Of a DNA stretch of 64,000 nt, positions 48,245 through 57,072 are shown in pieces. The position numbers were made by a program, and so were the translations under genes. The notes under the pieces are model-generated. The model did not search any database, was not told where the DNA came from, and saw nothing but the letters and a program-made list of their open reading frames with translations. The stretch is from assembly GCA_963823555.1 (NCBI GenBank), contig CAWGMA010000003.1, forward strand, positions 288,001-352,000. The letters run 5' to 3'. This DNA is from Candidatus Eiseniibacteriota bacterium. GTDB taxonomy: Bacteria > Eisenbacteria > RBG-16-71-46 > CAVPCR01. Positions within the stretch are counted from its first letter, which is position 1; each line of letters opens with the position of its first letter.

Positions 48245-50560
48245 ATGCTCATTCGCACGAAGGATGTTCTCGAGTACCACGCCCAGGGACGGCCCGGGAA
48301 GGTACAGGTCGTTCCCACCAAGCCCTGCCTCACGCAGCGCGATCTTTCGATGGCCTACACGCCGGGGGTCGCCGAGCCGTGCCGCGCCATCGTCAAGGAT
48401 CCGCACGATGTCTTCAAGTACACGGCCAAGGGCAATCTGGTGGCCGTCATCACCGACGGCACCGCGGTTCTCGGTCTCGGCAACATCGGGCCGGAGGCCG
48501 GCAAGCCGGTCATGGAGGGGAAGGGAGTCCTCTTCAAGCGCTTTGCCGATATCGATGTCTTCGACATCGAGCTACGCACCAGCTCGATCGAGGAGTTCAT
48601 CTCGGTCGTCAAGGCGCTCGAGCCCACGTTCGGTGGCATCAACATCGAGGACGTGAAGGCTCCCGAGTGCTTCGTCATCGAGGAGCGCCTGAAGGAAATG
48701 CTCGATATCCCGGTCTTTCATGATGACCAGCATGGGACCGCGATCATCGCCTCGGCGGCGCTCGTCAACGCGTGCGAGGTCGCCGAGAAGGACATCTCCA
48801 AGGTGCGGGTCGTCTTCTCCGGCGCCGGCGCTTCCGCGATCGCCACGTCGAAGATGTTCGTCCAGATGGGCGCGCGCAGAGAGAACATCTTGTTCGTGGA
48901 TCGCGCCGGGGTCATCTACAAGGGTCGCGACCAGGACATGAACCCCTACAAGGAAGTGATCGCCGCGGACACGTCCGCGCGCACTCTTCCCGAGGCGATG
49001 GCGGGCGCCGATGTCTTCGTCGGGCTCTCGATCGGCGGCCTGGTCAGCGAGGAGATGGTGCGCTCGATGGCGCGCAAACCGATCGTGTTCGCCATGGCCA
49101 ACCCCGATCCGGAGATCGGCTACGAGGAGGCCAAGCGGGCGCGTCCCGACATCCTCATGGCCACCGGCCGCTCCGATTTCCCGAACCAGGTCAACAACGT
49201 GCTCGGGTTCCCCTTCATCTTCCGCGGCGCGCTCGACGTCAGGGCGCGAGCGATCAATGACGAGATGAAGGCGGCGGCCTCGCACGCGCTGGCGGCCCTG
49301 GCCCGCGAGGATGTGCCCGATGTCGTGCGGCGGAGCTACGGCGATGCGCCGCTTCACTTCGGCCCCGAGTACCTGATCCCGAAGCCGTTCGACCCGCGCG
49401 TGCTCTTGTGGGAGGCGAGCGCGGTGGCCAAGGCGGCGATGGAGACCGGGGTGGCGCGCGAGCCGATCGCCGATCTCGACGCCTATCGTGATCATCTCGA
49501 GGGCCTGCTCGGACGCTCGCACCAGGTCATGCGCTCGATCATCCACAAGGCCCGGCGCGAGGCGGCGCGGATCGTCTTTCCGCGCGGCGGCGACGAGAAG
49601 GTGCTGCGCGCGAGCCAGGTCATTCTCGATGAGCGGATCGCCATTCCCATCCTGCTCGGCAACGTCGAGCGCATGAAGGCGCGAGCCCAGGAACTCGAGC
49701 TGGATCTCGACGGGGCGCAGATGCTCGATGTCGCGCAATCGCCGTCACTCGAGCGTTACGCGCAGAAGCTCTACGAGATGCGGCAGCGCAAGGGTGTCAC
49801 GCCGGCTCGGGCCCGCCGCATGCTCAGGGATCCCCAAGTCTACGCCATGATGATGGTGCACATGGGGGATGCCGACGGCGCCATCGCCGGTATCGAGCAC
49901 ACGTTCAGCGATGTCGTGCGCGCGGCCATCCAGATCGTCGGTCTCAAGCCCGGGATCAAGCGAGTGGCGGCCGCGCACATGATGGTGCTCGGCGATCGCC
50001 TGCTCTTCTTCGCCGACACCTCGGTCAACATCGAGCCCACCGCGGAGGAACTGGCAGAGATCGCCATGATCTCCGCCCGCACCGCACGTCGCTTCGACAT
50101 CATTCCCAAGGTGGCGATGGTCTCCTTCGCCAACTTCGGGGCGGTGCGGCATCCGCTCACCGAGAAGGTGGCGCGGGCGGTGCAGATCGTCCAGAAGGCG
50201 ATGCCGGATCTCGTGATCGACGGCGAGATGCAGTGCGATGCGGCCCTGGTGCCCGAGCTGGCCACGCGCAACTTCCCGCACTCGCGCATCGCCGGCGACG
50301 CCCGAGTCCTCATCTTCCCGGATCTCGCCTCGGCCAACGTGGCGTTCAAGCTCCTGCACGTCCTGGCGGGCGTCAACGCCATCGGTCCGATCATGATGGG
50401 GATGGCGCGCCCGGTGAACGTCCTCGACTACACCGTATCGGTGGAGACGATCGCCCACATGGCGGCGGTGACCGCGGTCCAGGCGGAGACCCAGGAGCCG
50501 CCGGCGGCGCGACCCGCGGCCGCCCGGGAAGCGCCCCGGACCGCAGCCGCTCCTGCCTAG
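48245..50560 (+). CDS. maeB: NADP-dependent malic enzyme with PTA-like domain
   Basis: AYTPGVA, PVMEGKGVLFK, FHDDQHGTA and TGRSDFPNQVNN motifs; C-terminal PTA-like domain with DGEMQ.DAAL. Confidence 0.96.
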   Translation: MLIRTKDVLEYHAQGRPGKVQVVPTKPCLTQRDLSMAYTPGVAEPCRAIVKDPHDVFKYTAKGNLVAVITDGTAVLGLGNIGPEAGKPVMEGKGVLFKRFADIDVFDIELRTSSIEEFISVVKALEPTFGGINIEDVKAPECFVIEERLKEMLDIPVFHDDQHGTAIIASAALVNACEVAEKDISKVRVVFSGAGASAIATSKMFVQMGARRENILFVDRAGVIYKGRDQDMNPYKEVIAADTSARTLPEAMAGADVFVGLSIGGLVSEEMVRSMARKPIVFAMANPDPEIGYEEAKRARPDILMATGRSDFPNQVNNVLGFPFIFRGALDVRARAINDEMKAAASHALAALAREDVPDVVRRSYGDAPLHFGPEYLIPKPFDPRVLLWEASAVAKAAMETGVAREPIADLDAYRDHLEGLLGRSHQVMRSIIHKARREAARIVFPRGGDEKVLRASQVILDERIAIPILLGNVERMKARAQELELDLDGAQMLDVAQSPSLERYAQKLYEMRQRKGVTPARARRMLRDPQVYAMMMVHMGDADGAIAGIEHTFSDVVRAAIQIVGLKPGIKRVAAAHMMVLGDRLLFFADTSVNIEPTAEELAEIAMISARTARRFDIIPKVAMVSFANFGAVRHPLTEKVARAVQIVQKAMPDLVIDGEMQCDAALVPELATRNFPHSRIAGDARVLIFPDLASANVAFKLLHVLAGVNAIGPIMMGMARPVNVLDYTVSVETIAHMAAVTAVQAETQEPPAARPAAAREAPRTAAAPA

Positions 50561-50625
50561 CCGGGCCAGAATGGAGCTAAGTCATTACTTAGAAGTCTTT
50601 TAGTGGGTTTCAGCGAGTTCGCGAA

Positions 50626-50656
50626 GACGGCCGGGGGTGACCCCGGCCGTCCTCTT
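50626..50656 (+). terminator. Hairpin after maeB (possible terminator)
   Basis: 11-bp stem GACGGCCGGGG/CCCCGGCCGTC followed by CTCTT. The U-tail is weak. Confidence 0.45.
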
Positions 50657-50758
50657 GGGTCGTGCTAGAATGGCCCGGCGTTTTGGTCCCGGCCGGCCGT
50701 TCCCGCTCGATCCCAACACCCCCGGCGTCGCCCCCGGGCTGAAGGAGGAAGCCAAGGG

Positions 50759-51406
50759 ATGAGCAAGCTCGTCCTCATCCGACACGGGCAGTCGCTATGG
50801 AACAGCGAGAACCGTTTCACAGGCTGGGTGGATGTCCCGCTCACCGAGCAGGGGCGTCGCGAGGCCCGCGTCGCGGCGCGGCTGGTCCGCAAGATCCAAT
50901 TCGATGTCGCCTACACCTCGGTCCTGTCGCGCGCCGAGGAGACACTCGCCATCATTCTCCAGGAGATCGACCAGGATCCGCCGGTGATTCGCGACCAGGC
51001 CCTGAACGAACGCCACTATGGTGACTTGCAGGGTCTCAACAAGGCCGAGATGGCGCAGCGCTTCGGGGCCGAGCAGGTCCATCTCTGGCGTCGCTCCTAT
51101 GATGTGGCGCCCCCGAACGGCGAGGCGCTCAAGAACACCGCCGAGCGCACGCTCCCCTTCTTCGAGCGAGCCATCCTGGGCGACGTCAAGCAAGGGAAGA
51201 ACGTACTGGTCGTGGCCCACGGCAACTCGAACCGATCCATCGTGATGCAGCTCGACAAGCTGAGCCCGGAGGAAGTGGTGAAGCTCGAGCTGGGAACCGG
51301 AGTGCCCCTCGTCTACGAGATGTCCGCCGGGGGCGAGGTCGAATCCAAGGAAATCCGCCAGCTTCCGGTCGAGGAAGCGGTCGAGCAGGCAAGAGGGAGC
51401 GTATGA
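50759..51406 (+). CDS. gpmA: 2,3-bisphosphoglycerate-dependent phosphoglycerate mutase
   Basis: LIRHGQS.WN.ENRFTGW.D, LNERHYGDLQG and AHGNS motifs. Confidence 0.96.
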   Translation: MSKLVLIRHGQSLWNSENRFTGWVDVPLTEQGRREARVAARLVRKIQFDVAYTSVLSRAEETLAIILQEIDQDPPVIRDQALNERHYGDLQGLNKAEMAQRFGAEQVHLWRRSYDVAPPNGEALKNTAERTLPFFERAILGDVKQGKNVLVVAHGNSNRSIVMQLDKLSPEEVVKLELGTGVPLVYEMSAGGEVESKEIRQLPVEEAVEQARGSV

Positions 51407-52683
51407 GCACCGACGTCGTCATGCCGCAGATGGGCGAGAGCGTCGCCGAGGGAACCATCACCAAGTGGCTGAAGAAGGTGGGCGATCCCATCAAGCGCGA
51501 CGAGCCGCTCTTCGAGATCTCGACCGACAAGGTCGATGCCGAGATCCCGTCGCCGGTCGATGGTGTGCTGGCCGAGATCATCCATGGCGAGGGGCAGACG
51601 GTCGAGGTGAACACCGTCGTGGCGCGGATCGGCGTGGAAGGCGAGGCGACAGCACCGGCGCCCGCAGCCGCGATTGAAGCGCCTGCCGCCGCTCAGGCCC
51701 CGGCCGCCCCCGCAGCGCCGGCCGCACCCGCGCCGCCGCCGCCGGCCCCGCCGCGGCGCGACGGGGGAGCGGCCACCGTCGCCGAGGTGCGCCGCACGCG
51801 CTCGACCCCGATCGTGCGCCGCATCGCGGCGGAACATGGCATCGACATCGCCCAGGTGCCGGGCACCGGGATCTCGGGTCGGGTCACCAAGCAGGATATC
51901 CTCGAATACGTCGAGAAGGGCGGCGCGGGCGCACCCGCGCCGGCCATGCCGTCGCCCTTCCTGCCGGGTGAGCGCGTGCACACCGAGGCGATGACGGTCA
52001 TGCGGCAGAAGATCGCCGAGCACATGGTGATGAGCCGGCGCACCTCGGCGCACGTGACGACGGTCTTCGAGATCGACATGACCGCGATCGAGAAGCTGCG
52101 CCAGAAGAACAAGGAACGCTTCCTTGCCGAGAACGGCGTCAAGCTCTCGATCACCGCCTTCATCGCCCGGGCGGTGGTCGACGCCCTGCGCGCGTACCCC
52201 ATCGCCAATGCCTCGCTCGACGGCAAGAACATCATCTACAAGAAGGACATCAATCTCGGCATTGCCGTCGCCCTCGACTGGGGGCTCATCGTGCCCGTGA
52301 TCAAGAACGCCGAGGAGAAGAACCTCGTCGGTCTGTCGCGGGCCATCACCGATCTGGCCACGCGCGCCCGCGAGAAGAAGCTCTTGCCGGAGGAGGTCCA
52401 GGGCGGGACCTTCACCATCACGAACCCCGGTGTTTTCGGCAGCCTGTTCGGCACGCCGATCATCAACCAGCCGCAGGTGGCGATCCTCGGTGTGGGAGCC
52501 GTCGTCAAGCGGCCGATGGTGATTCCGGCGGCCGACGGCAGCGACTCGATCGCCGTCCGCTCGATGTGTTACATGGGGCTCTCCTTCGATCATCGTCTCC
52601 TGGATGGCATGCTCGCCGATTTCTTCATGTCGCACGTGAAGAAGAGCCTGGAGAGTCCCGCCCTGCCCGAGCTCGGGGCCTGA
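51403..52683 (+). CDS. 2-oxoacid dehydrogenase E2 (dihydrolipoamide acyltransferase, SucB-like)
   Basis: Lipoyl domain EISTDKVDAE, Pro/Ala linker, E3-binding GTGISGRVTK and catalytic SFDHRLLDG. Confidence 0.95.
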   Translation: MSTDVVMPQMGESVAEGTITKWLKKVGDPIKRDEPLFEISTDKVDAEIPSPVDGVLAEIIHGEGQTVEVNTVVARIGVEGEATAPAPAAAIEAPAAAQAPAAPAAPAAPAPPPPAPPRRDGGAATVAEVRRTRSTPIVRRIAAEHGIDIAQVPGTGISGRVTKQDILEYVEKGGAGAPAPAMPSPFLPGERVHTEAMTVMRQKIAEHMVMSRRTSAHVTTVFEIDMTAIEKLRQKNKERFLAENGVKLSITAFIARAVVDALRAYPIANASLDGKNIIYKKDINLGIAVALDWGLIVPVIKNAEEKNLVGLSRAITDLATRAREKKLLPEEVQGGTFTITNPGVFGSLFGTPIINQPQVAILGVGAVVKRPMVIPAADGSDSIAVRSMCYMGLSFDHRLLDGMLADFFMSHVKKSLESPALPELGA

Positions 52684-52722
52684 CCTCGCGGCGAGGCCGC
52701 GGCCGAGGAGCGTGTGAGGACC

Positions 52723-53706
52723 ATGACCCCGCCGCCGGCGCTGGCCATCATCACGCAGAGCGAGCGCATGCGAGAGATCCTCGATCGCGTGCGCGCTGTT
52801 GCCGCTACCGACGGCTCGGTGCTGCTGATCGGTGAAACCGGAGTCGGCAAGGAGCTCTTCGCCGACTACATTCACCGCGTCAGCCCGCGGGCGGCAGGGC
52901 CTTTCATCAAGGTGGCGCTGTCCGCGATGCCGCACGAGCTCCTCGAGAGCGAGCTCTTCGGCCATGAGCGGGGCTCGTTCACGCACGCCGTGAGCCAGAA
53001 GAAGGGCCTCTTCGAACTCGCCAGCGGCGGCTCGCTATTCCTCGACGACATCGACGATGTTCCGGCGGCGATCCAGCCGAAGCTCCTCCGCGTGCTCGAG
53101 TCGCGGGAGGTGATGCGCGTCGGTGGCACCACGTCCATCGCGATCGATGTGCGGCTCATCACTGCATCGAAGATCGATCTCAAGGAGCTGGTCGGGCGCG
53201 GGCTGTTCCGCACCGATCTCTTCTATCGCATCAACGTCGTGCCGCTGGAGATTCCCCCGCTGCGCGAGCGCCCCGAGGACATCCCGCTCCTGGTCGAGCA
53301 CTTTCTCGAGCGTTTCGCCCCGCAGAAGAAGCTCGCGATCGCGCCTCCGGCGCTCAGAGTTCTCGTCAGCTATGCCTGGCCCGGGAACGTGCGCGAGCTG
53401 CGCAATGTGATGCAGCGCATCGGCATCTTCGCCAGCGGCGAGATCCGGCTCGAGGATCTGCCGTCCGAGATTCACCATGCGGACCCGATCCAGGATCTGA
53501 TCCATGCCTGCTCGCGCTGCTTCGCCGATGAATCGATGTCGTTCCCGCAGGTCGTATCCTGCCTCGAGGTGAACCTGCTGCGTCAGGCGCTCAAGGAATC
53601 AGCGGGTAATCGCGCCCAGGCCGCGAAGTCCTTGGGGTTGAGCAGCTCGACGCTGCGGGACAAGCTCAAGAAGTACGGCCTCGACGGCGGCACGGAGACG
53701 GAGTGA
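52723..53706 (+). CDS. Sigma54-dependent activator (AAA+ and Fis HTH) lacking an N-terminal sensory domain
   Basis: GETGVGKE, ESELFGHERGSFTHA (GAFTGA variant), DLFYRINV, WPGNVREL and C-terminal HTH. Confidence 0.92.
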   Translation: MTPPPALAIITQSERMREILDRVRAVAATDGSVLLIGETGVGKELFADYIHRVSPRAAGPFIKVALSAMPHELLESELFGHERGSFTHAVSQKKGLFELASGGSLFLDDIDDVPAAIQPKLLRVLESREVMRVGGTTSIAIDVRLITASKIDLKELVGRGLFRTDLFYRINVVPLEIPPLRERPEDIPLLVEHFLERFAPQKKLAIAPPALRVLVSYAWPGNVRELRNVMQRIGIFASGEIRLEDLPSEIHHADPIQDLIHACSRCFADESMSFPQVVSCLEVNLLRQALKESAGNRAQAAKSLGLSSSTLRDKLKKYGLDGGTETE

Positions 53707-53753
53707 AGCCCGCCGCCGGCGGCCACCGGCAGGCGATCCCGGCGCGGACTGCG

Positions 53754-53793
53754 GCGGCGGGAACCCGCGGGCGATTCCACGGATTCCCGCCGC
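53754..53793. promoter_or_regulatory. Candidate upstream activator sequence (paired inverted repeat)
   Basis: GCGGCGGGAACCCG-N12-CGGATTCCCGCCGC (13 of 14 bases complementary), about 50 bp upstream of the sigma54 site. Confidence 0.45.
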
Positions 53794-53842
53794 TGGAGGT
53801 CTGGCGCCGCTCCTAAGTCCAAGTCCCCCATGTGAAGCCCCC

Positions 53843-53857
53843 TGGTACGGCCTATGC
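53843..53857 (+). promoter_or_regulatory. Sigma54 (-24/-12) promoter of the hydrogenase operon
   Basis: TGGTACGGCCTATGC gives GG-N10-GC and is close to the TGGCACG-N4-TTGC consensus. It lies directly after the sigma54 activator gene. Confidence 0.7.
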
Positions 53858-53932
53858 CAGGGGGCTTTGGTGTGGGCGGCCCCGCATTGACGCCAGGACG
53901 CGAGGGACCACGCGGGCCGCGGGAGCGAGGGA

Positions 53933-54154
53933 ATGCTCAGCGAGCCGGGACGACCGCAGGCGCTCTGCCTCCGCGGAGAGGTGGTGCAGATCTCCGAGCG
54001 CGAAGGACGACGCGTCGTCAGGGTGGCTGTCGAATCCGGGACCATCCTCGACGTAGCGCTCGACATGCCCCCGGATCTCCATCTCGGCGATCACGTGCTG
54101 ATCGATGCCTTCCTCCGTGTCGAGCGTCTCGAACAGGACATCGAGTCGCATTGA
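53933..54154 (+). CDS. Divergent HypC/HupF-like small OB-fold protein
   Basis: LCLRGEVVQI...VRVAV...DVALD..PDL.LGDHVLI resembles the HypC layout. RBS GAGGG; first gene of the hydrogenase operon. Confidence 0.5.
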   Translation: MLSEPGRPQALCLRGEVVQISEREGRRVVRVAVESGTILDVALDMPPDLHLGDHVLIDAFLRVERLEQDIESH

Positions 54155-54220
54155 AGTCCGGCGCGCCGGGTAAGAGGAGCGCGGGGCGGATCCGTGGCAC
54201 CTTGAATCGAGGAGGAGCCC

Positions 54221-55342
54221 ATGAGCGAGCAGGCGCTGACCATCTGGGAGCACGCGCAGATGCGCGGCTACTCGCGCCGCGACTTCCTGCAGTTCTGCGG
54301 ATGGATCGCGGCGGCGGCGGGAATCGAAGCTTCAGGGCTGGCTCGGGTGGTGCACGCGCTCGAGACCAAGCCCCGCCTTCCGGTCGTCTGGTTCCATTTC
54401 CAGGAGTGCACCTGCTGCAGCGAGTCCTTCATCCGGTCATCGCACCCCATCGTCGGCGACATCGTGCTCGACAAGATCTCGCTCGACTACACCGAGACGC
54501 TGCAGGCGGCGGCCGGGAAGCAGGCGGAAGAGGCGCTGCACGAGACCATGACCAAGCACAAGGGCGAGTACTTGATGCTGGTCGAGGGCTCGATCCCGAC
54601 CAAGGACGATGGCATCTATTGCTGCATCGGGGGACGCAGCGCGCTCGACATCGTCAACGAGGCGGCGAGCGGTGCCAAGGCGATCATCGCCTGGGGGAGC
54701 TGCGCCTCGAACGGTTGCATCCAGGCGGCGAATCCCAATCCGACCGGCGCCACTCCAATCAAGGATGTGATCTCCGGGGTGCCGATCATCAACGTGCCCG
54801 GCTGCCCGCCGATCGCCGAGGTGATGGCGGGAACGGTGGTTCACCTCCTGGCCTTCGAGCGCATCCCGCAACTCGATGGGCTTGGCCGGCCCAAGGCGTT
54901 CTACTCCCGGCGCGTCCATGACACCTGCTACCGCCGTCCCAACTACGACGCCGGGCTCTTCGTCGAGCGGTTCGACGACGAGAACGCCAAGCGCGGCTTC
55001 TGTCTCTACAAGGTGGGATGCCGCGGTCCGGTGACCTACAACGCCTGCGGTGTCACCCGCTGGAACAACGGGGTGAGCTTCCCGATCCAGTCCGGGCACG
55101 GCTGCATCGGCTGCAGCGAGGGCCATTTCTGGGACAACGGGCCGTTCTACCGGCACCTGGCTGCGTTCCCCGGCTTTGGCATCGAGACCACGGCCGATAC
55201 GGTCGGGCTCGCGGTGGGAGCGGCCACCGTGGCGGGTATCGCCGCGCATGCGATCTCGACCAACATCCGGAAGCGGAAGATCATCTCCGAGAGCATCCAG
55301 AGCGGCAGCAAGAACGCGGGCACCAAGCAAGGAGGCGCGTGA
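54221..55342 (+). CDS. hyaA: [NiFe]-hydrogenase small subunit, Tat-exported, O2-tolerant-type
   Basis: SRRDFLQ Tat motif; ECTCCSES, GSCASNGC, GCPP, HDTCYRR, CLYKVGCRGP and GHGCIGC; C-terminal TM anchor. Confidence 0.96.
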   Translation: MSEQALTIWEHAQMRGYSRRDFLQFCGWIAAAAGIEASGLARVVHALETKPRLPVVWFHFQECTCCSESFIRSSHPIVGDIVLDKISLDYTETLQAAAGKQAEEALHETMTKHKGEYLMLVEGSIPTKDDGIYCCIGGRSALDIVNEAASGAKAIIAWGSCASNGCIQAANPNPTGATPIKDVISGVPIINVPGCPPIAEVMAGTVVHLLAFERIPQLDGLGRPKAFYSRRVHDTCYRRPNYDAGLFVERFDDENAKRGFCLYKVGCRGPVTYNACGVTRWNNGVSFPIQSGHGCIGCSEGHFWDNGPFYRHLAAFPGFGIETTADTVGLAVGAATVAGIAAHAISTNIRKRKIISESIQSGSKNAGTKQGGA

Positions 55343-57060
55343 TGGCTCGCATCGTCATCGATCCAATCACCCGCATCGAGGGTCACCTGCGCATCGAGGT
55401 GGAGGTCGGAGAACGGCGCCATCGTCGACGCCTACAGCTCCGGCACCATGGTGCGCGGCTTCGAGCTGATCCTGAAGGGGCGTGATCCCCGGGATGCCTG
55501 GGCCTTCACCGAGCGGGCCTGCGGGGTATGCACCACCGTGCACGCGCTGGCGTCGGTGCGCACGGTCGAGGACGCGCTCGACATCACCGTGCCGCCGAAC
55601 GCCGAGCTGGTGCGAAACCTCATGTTCTGCGCCCAGTACCTGCAGGACCATGTCGTCCACTTCTACCATCTGCACGCTCTCGACTGGGTGGACGTGGTCA
55701 GCGCTCTCAAGGCCGATCCGAAGAAGACCTCGGAGATCGCCCAGTCCATCTCCAACTGGCCCAAGAGCTCGCCGCGCTACTTCGCCGATGTCCAGAACCG
55801 CCTCAAGACCTTCGTCGAGAGCGGGCAGCTCGGGATCTTCGCCAACGCCTACTGGGGACACCCGGCCTACAAGCTGCCGGCGGAGGTGAACCTGCTCGGG
55901 ACCGCGCACTACCTCGAGGCCCTGGAGTGGCAGAAGGAGATCGTGAAGGTTCACACCGTCTTCGGCGGTAAGAACCCGCACCCGAACTACCTGGTCGGCG
56001 GCGCGGCCTGCGCGGTCAACATCGATGAATCGAACGCCATCAACGCCGAGCGGCTGGCCATGGTGGGGCAGCTGTTCAATGACGCGGCGGACTTCGTGAA
56101 CCAGGTCTACATCCCCGATCTCATGGCCGTGGCCTCCTTCTACAAGGACTGGGGCGCGGTGGGCGGCGGACTCTCGAACTACCTCGCCTACGGTGATCTG
56201 CCGACGCACGGCTACCACGATCCGAGCAAGTTCAAGTTCCCGCGCGGCGTCATCCTCGACCGCAATCTCGCCGAGGTGAGGCCGGTGGATGGCAAGGATG
56301 CCGAGCAGGTGACCGAGACCGTCGCCCACTCCTGGTACGAGTACGAGGGCGGCGATGATCAGGGCAAGCACCCGTGGGCGGGGGAGACCCGGTTCAAGTA
56401 CACGGGGCCCAAGCCTCCCTACGAGCACCTGGAGGTGGAGCAGAAGTACAGCTGGCTCAAGACTCCGCGCTGGAAGGGGCACCCGATGGAGGTCGGTCCG
56501 CTGGCTCGGCTGCTCGTCGGCTACGCCTCGGGCAGCGCCGAGATCAAGGAAGTGGTGGACGGCGCGCTGCAAGCAGCTCGAAGTGCCGGTCGGCGCACTC
56601 TTCTCGACGCTGGGGAGGACCGCGGCCCGGGGTCTGGAGACGGTGCTCATCGCCCGCTGGGCCAAGGAGTTCTACGGCGATCTGGTCGCCAACATCAAGA
56701 ACGGTGACACCCGGATGGCCAACCTCGACAAGTGGGATCCCGACACCTGGCCGAGCGAAGCCCGGGGCGTGGGTACTGAGCGAGGCGCCGCGCGGCGCGC
56801 TCGCCCACTGGATCGTCATCAAGGACAAGAAGATCGACAACTACCAGCTGGTGGTGCCGAGCACCTGGAACGCCTCGCCGCGCGACGCGGCGGGCCAGCG
56901 TTCGGCCTACGAGGCATCGCTCCTCGGCACCCCGGTCGCCAATGCGGATCAGCCGGTGGAGGTTCTGCGCACGATCCACTCGTTCGATCCCTGCATCGCC
57001 TGCGCCGTTCATCTCCACGATGAGAAGGGGGTTCACGTCCACCACCTGAACACATTCTGA
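55342..57060 (+). pseudogene. hyaB: [NiFe]-hydrogenase large subunit with three +1 frameshifts (pseudogene or sequencing errors)
   Basis: Starts MARIVIDPITRIEGHLRIE; L1 motif ERACGVC; L2 motif [11 protein letters not shown]. Frame changes at about 55408, 56570 and 56775. Confidence 0.9.
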
Positions 57061-57072
57061 GAGGTGAGAGCG

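Noticed and set aside
50577..50592. Palindrome CTAAGT-CATT-ACTTAG after maeB as a dif or other recombination site
   Set aside because: It does not match the XerC/XerD arms, and no integrase is nearby. At most it is an AT-rich protein-binding site.
55400..56780. Programmed ribosomal frameshifting in the hydrogenase large subunit
   Set aside because: No slippery heptamers at the three sites, and three successive recoding events in one conserved enzyme is implausible.
56980..57020. [NiFeSe] hydrogenase, considered because of the nearby selenoprotein candidate
   Set aside because: The L2 motif is DPCIAC with TGC codons and has no in-frame TGA.
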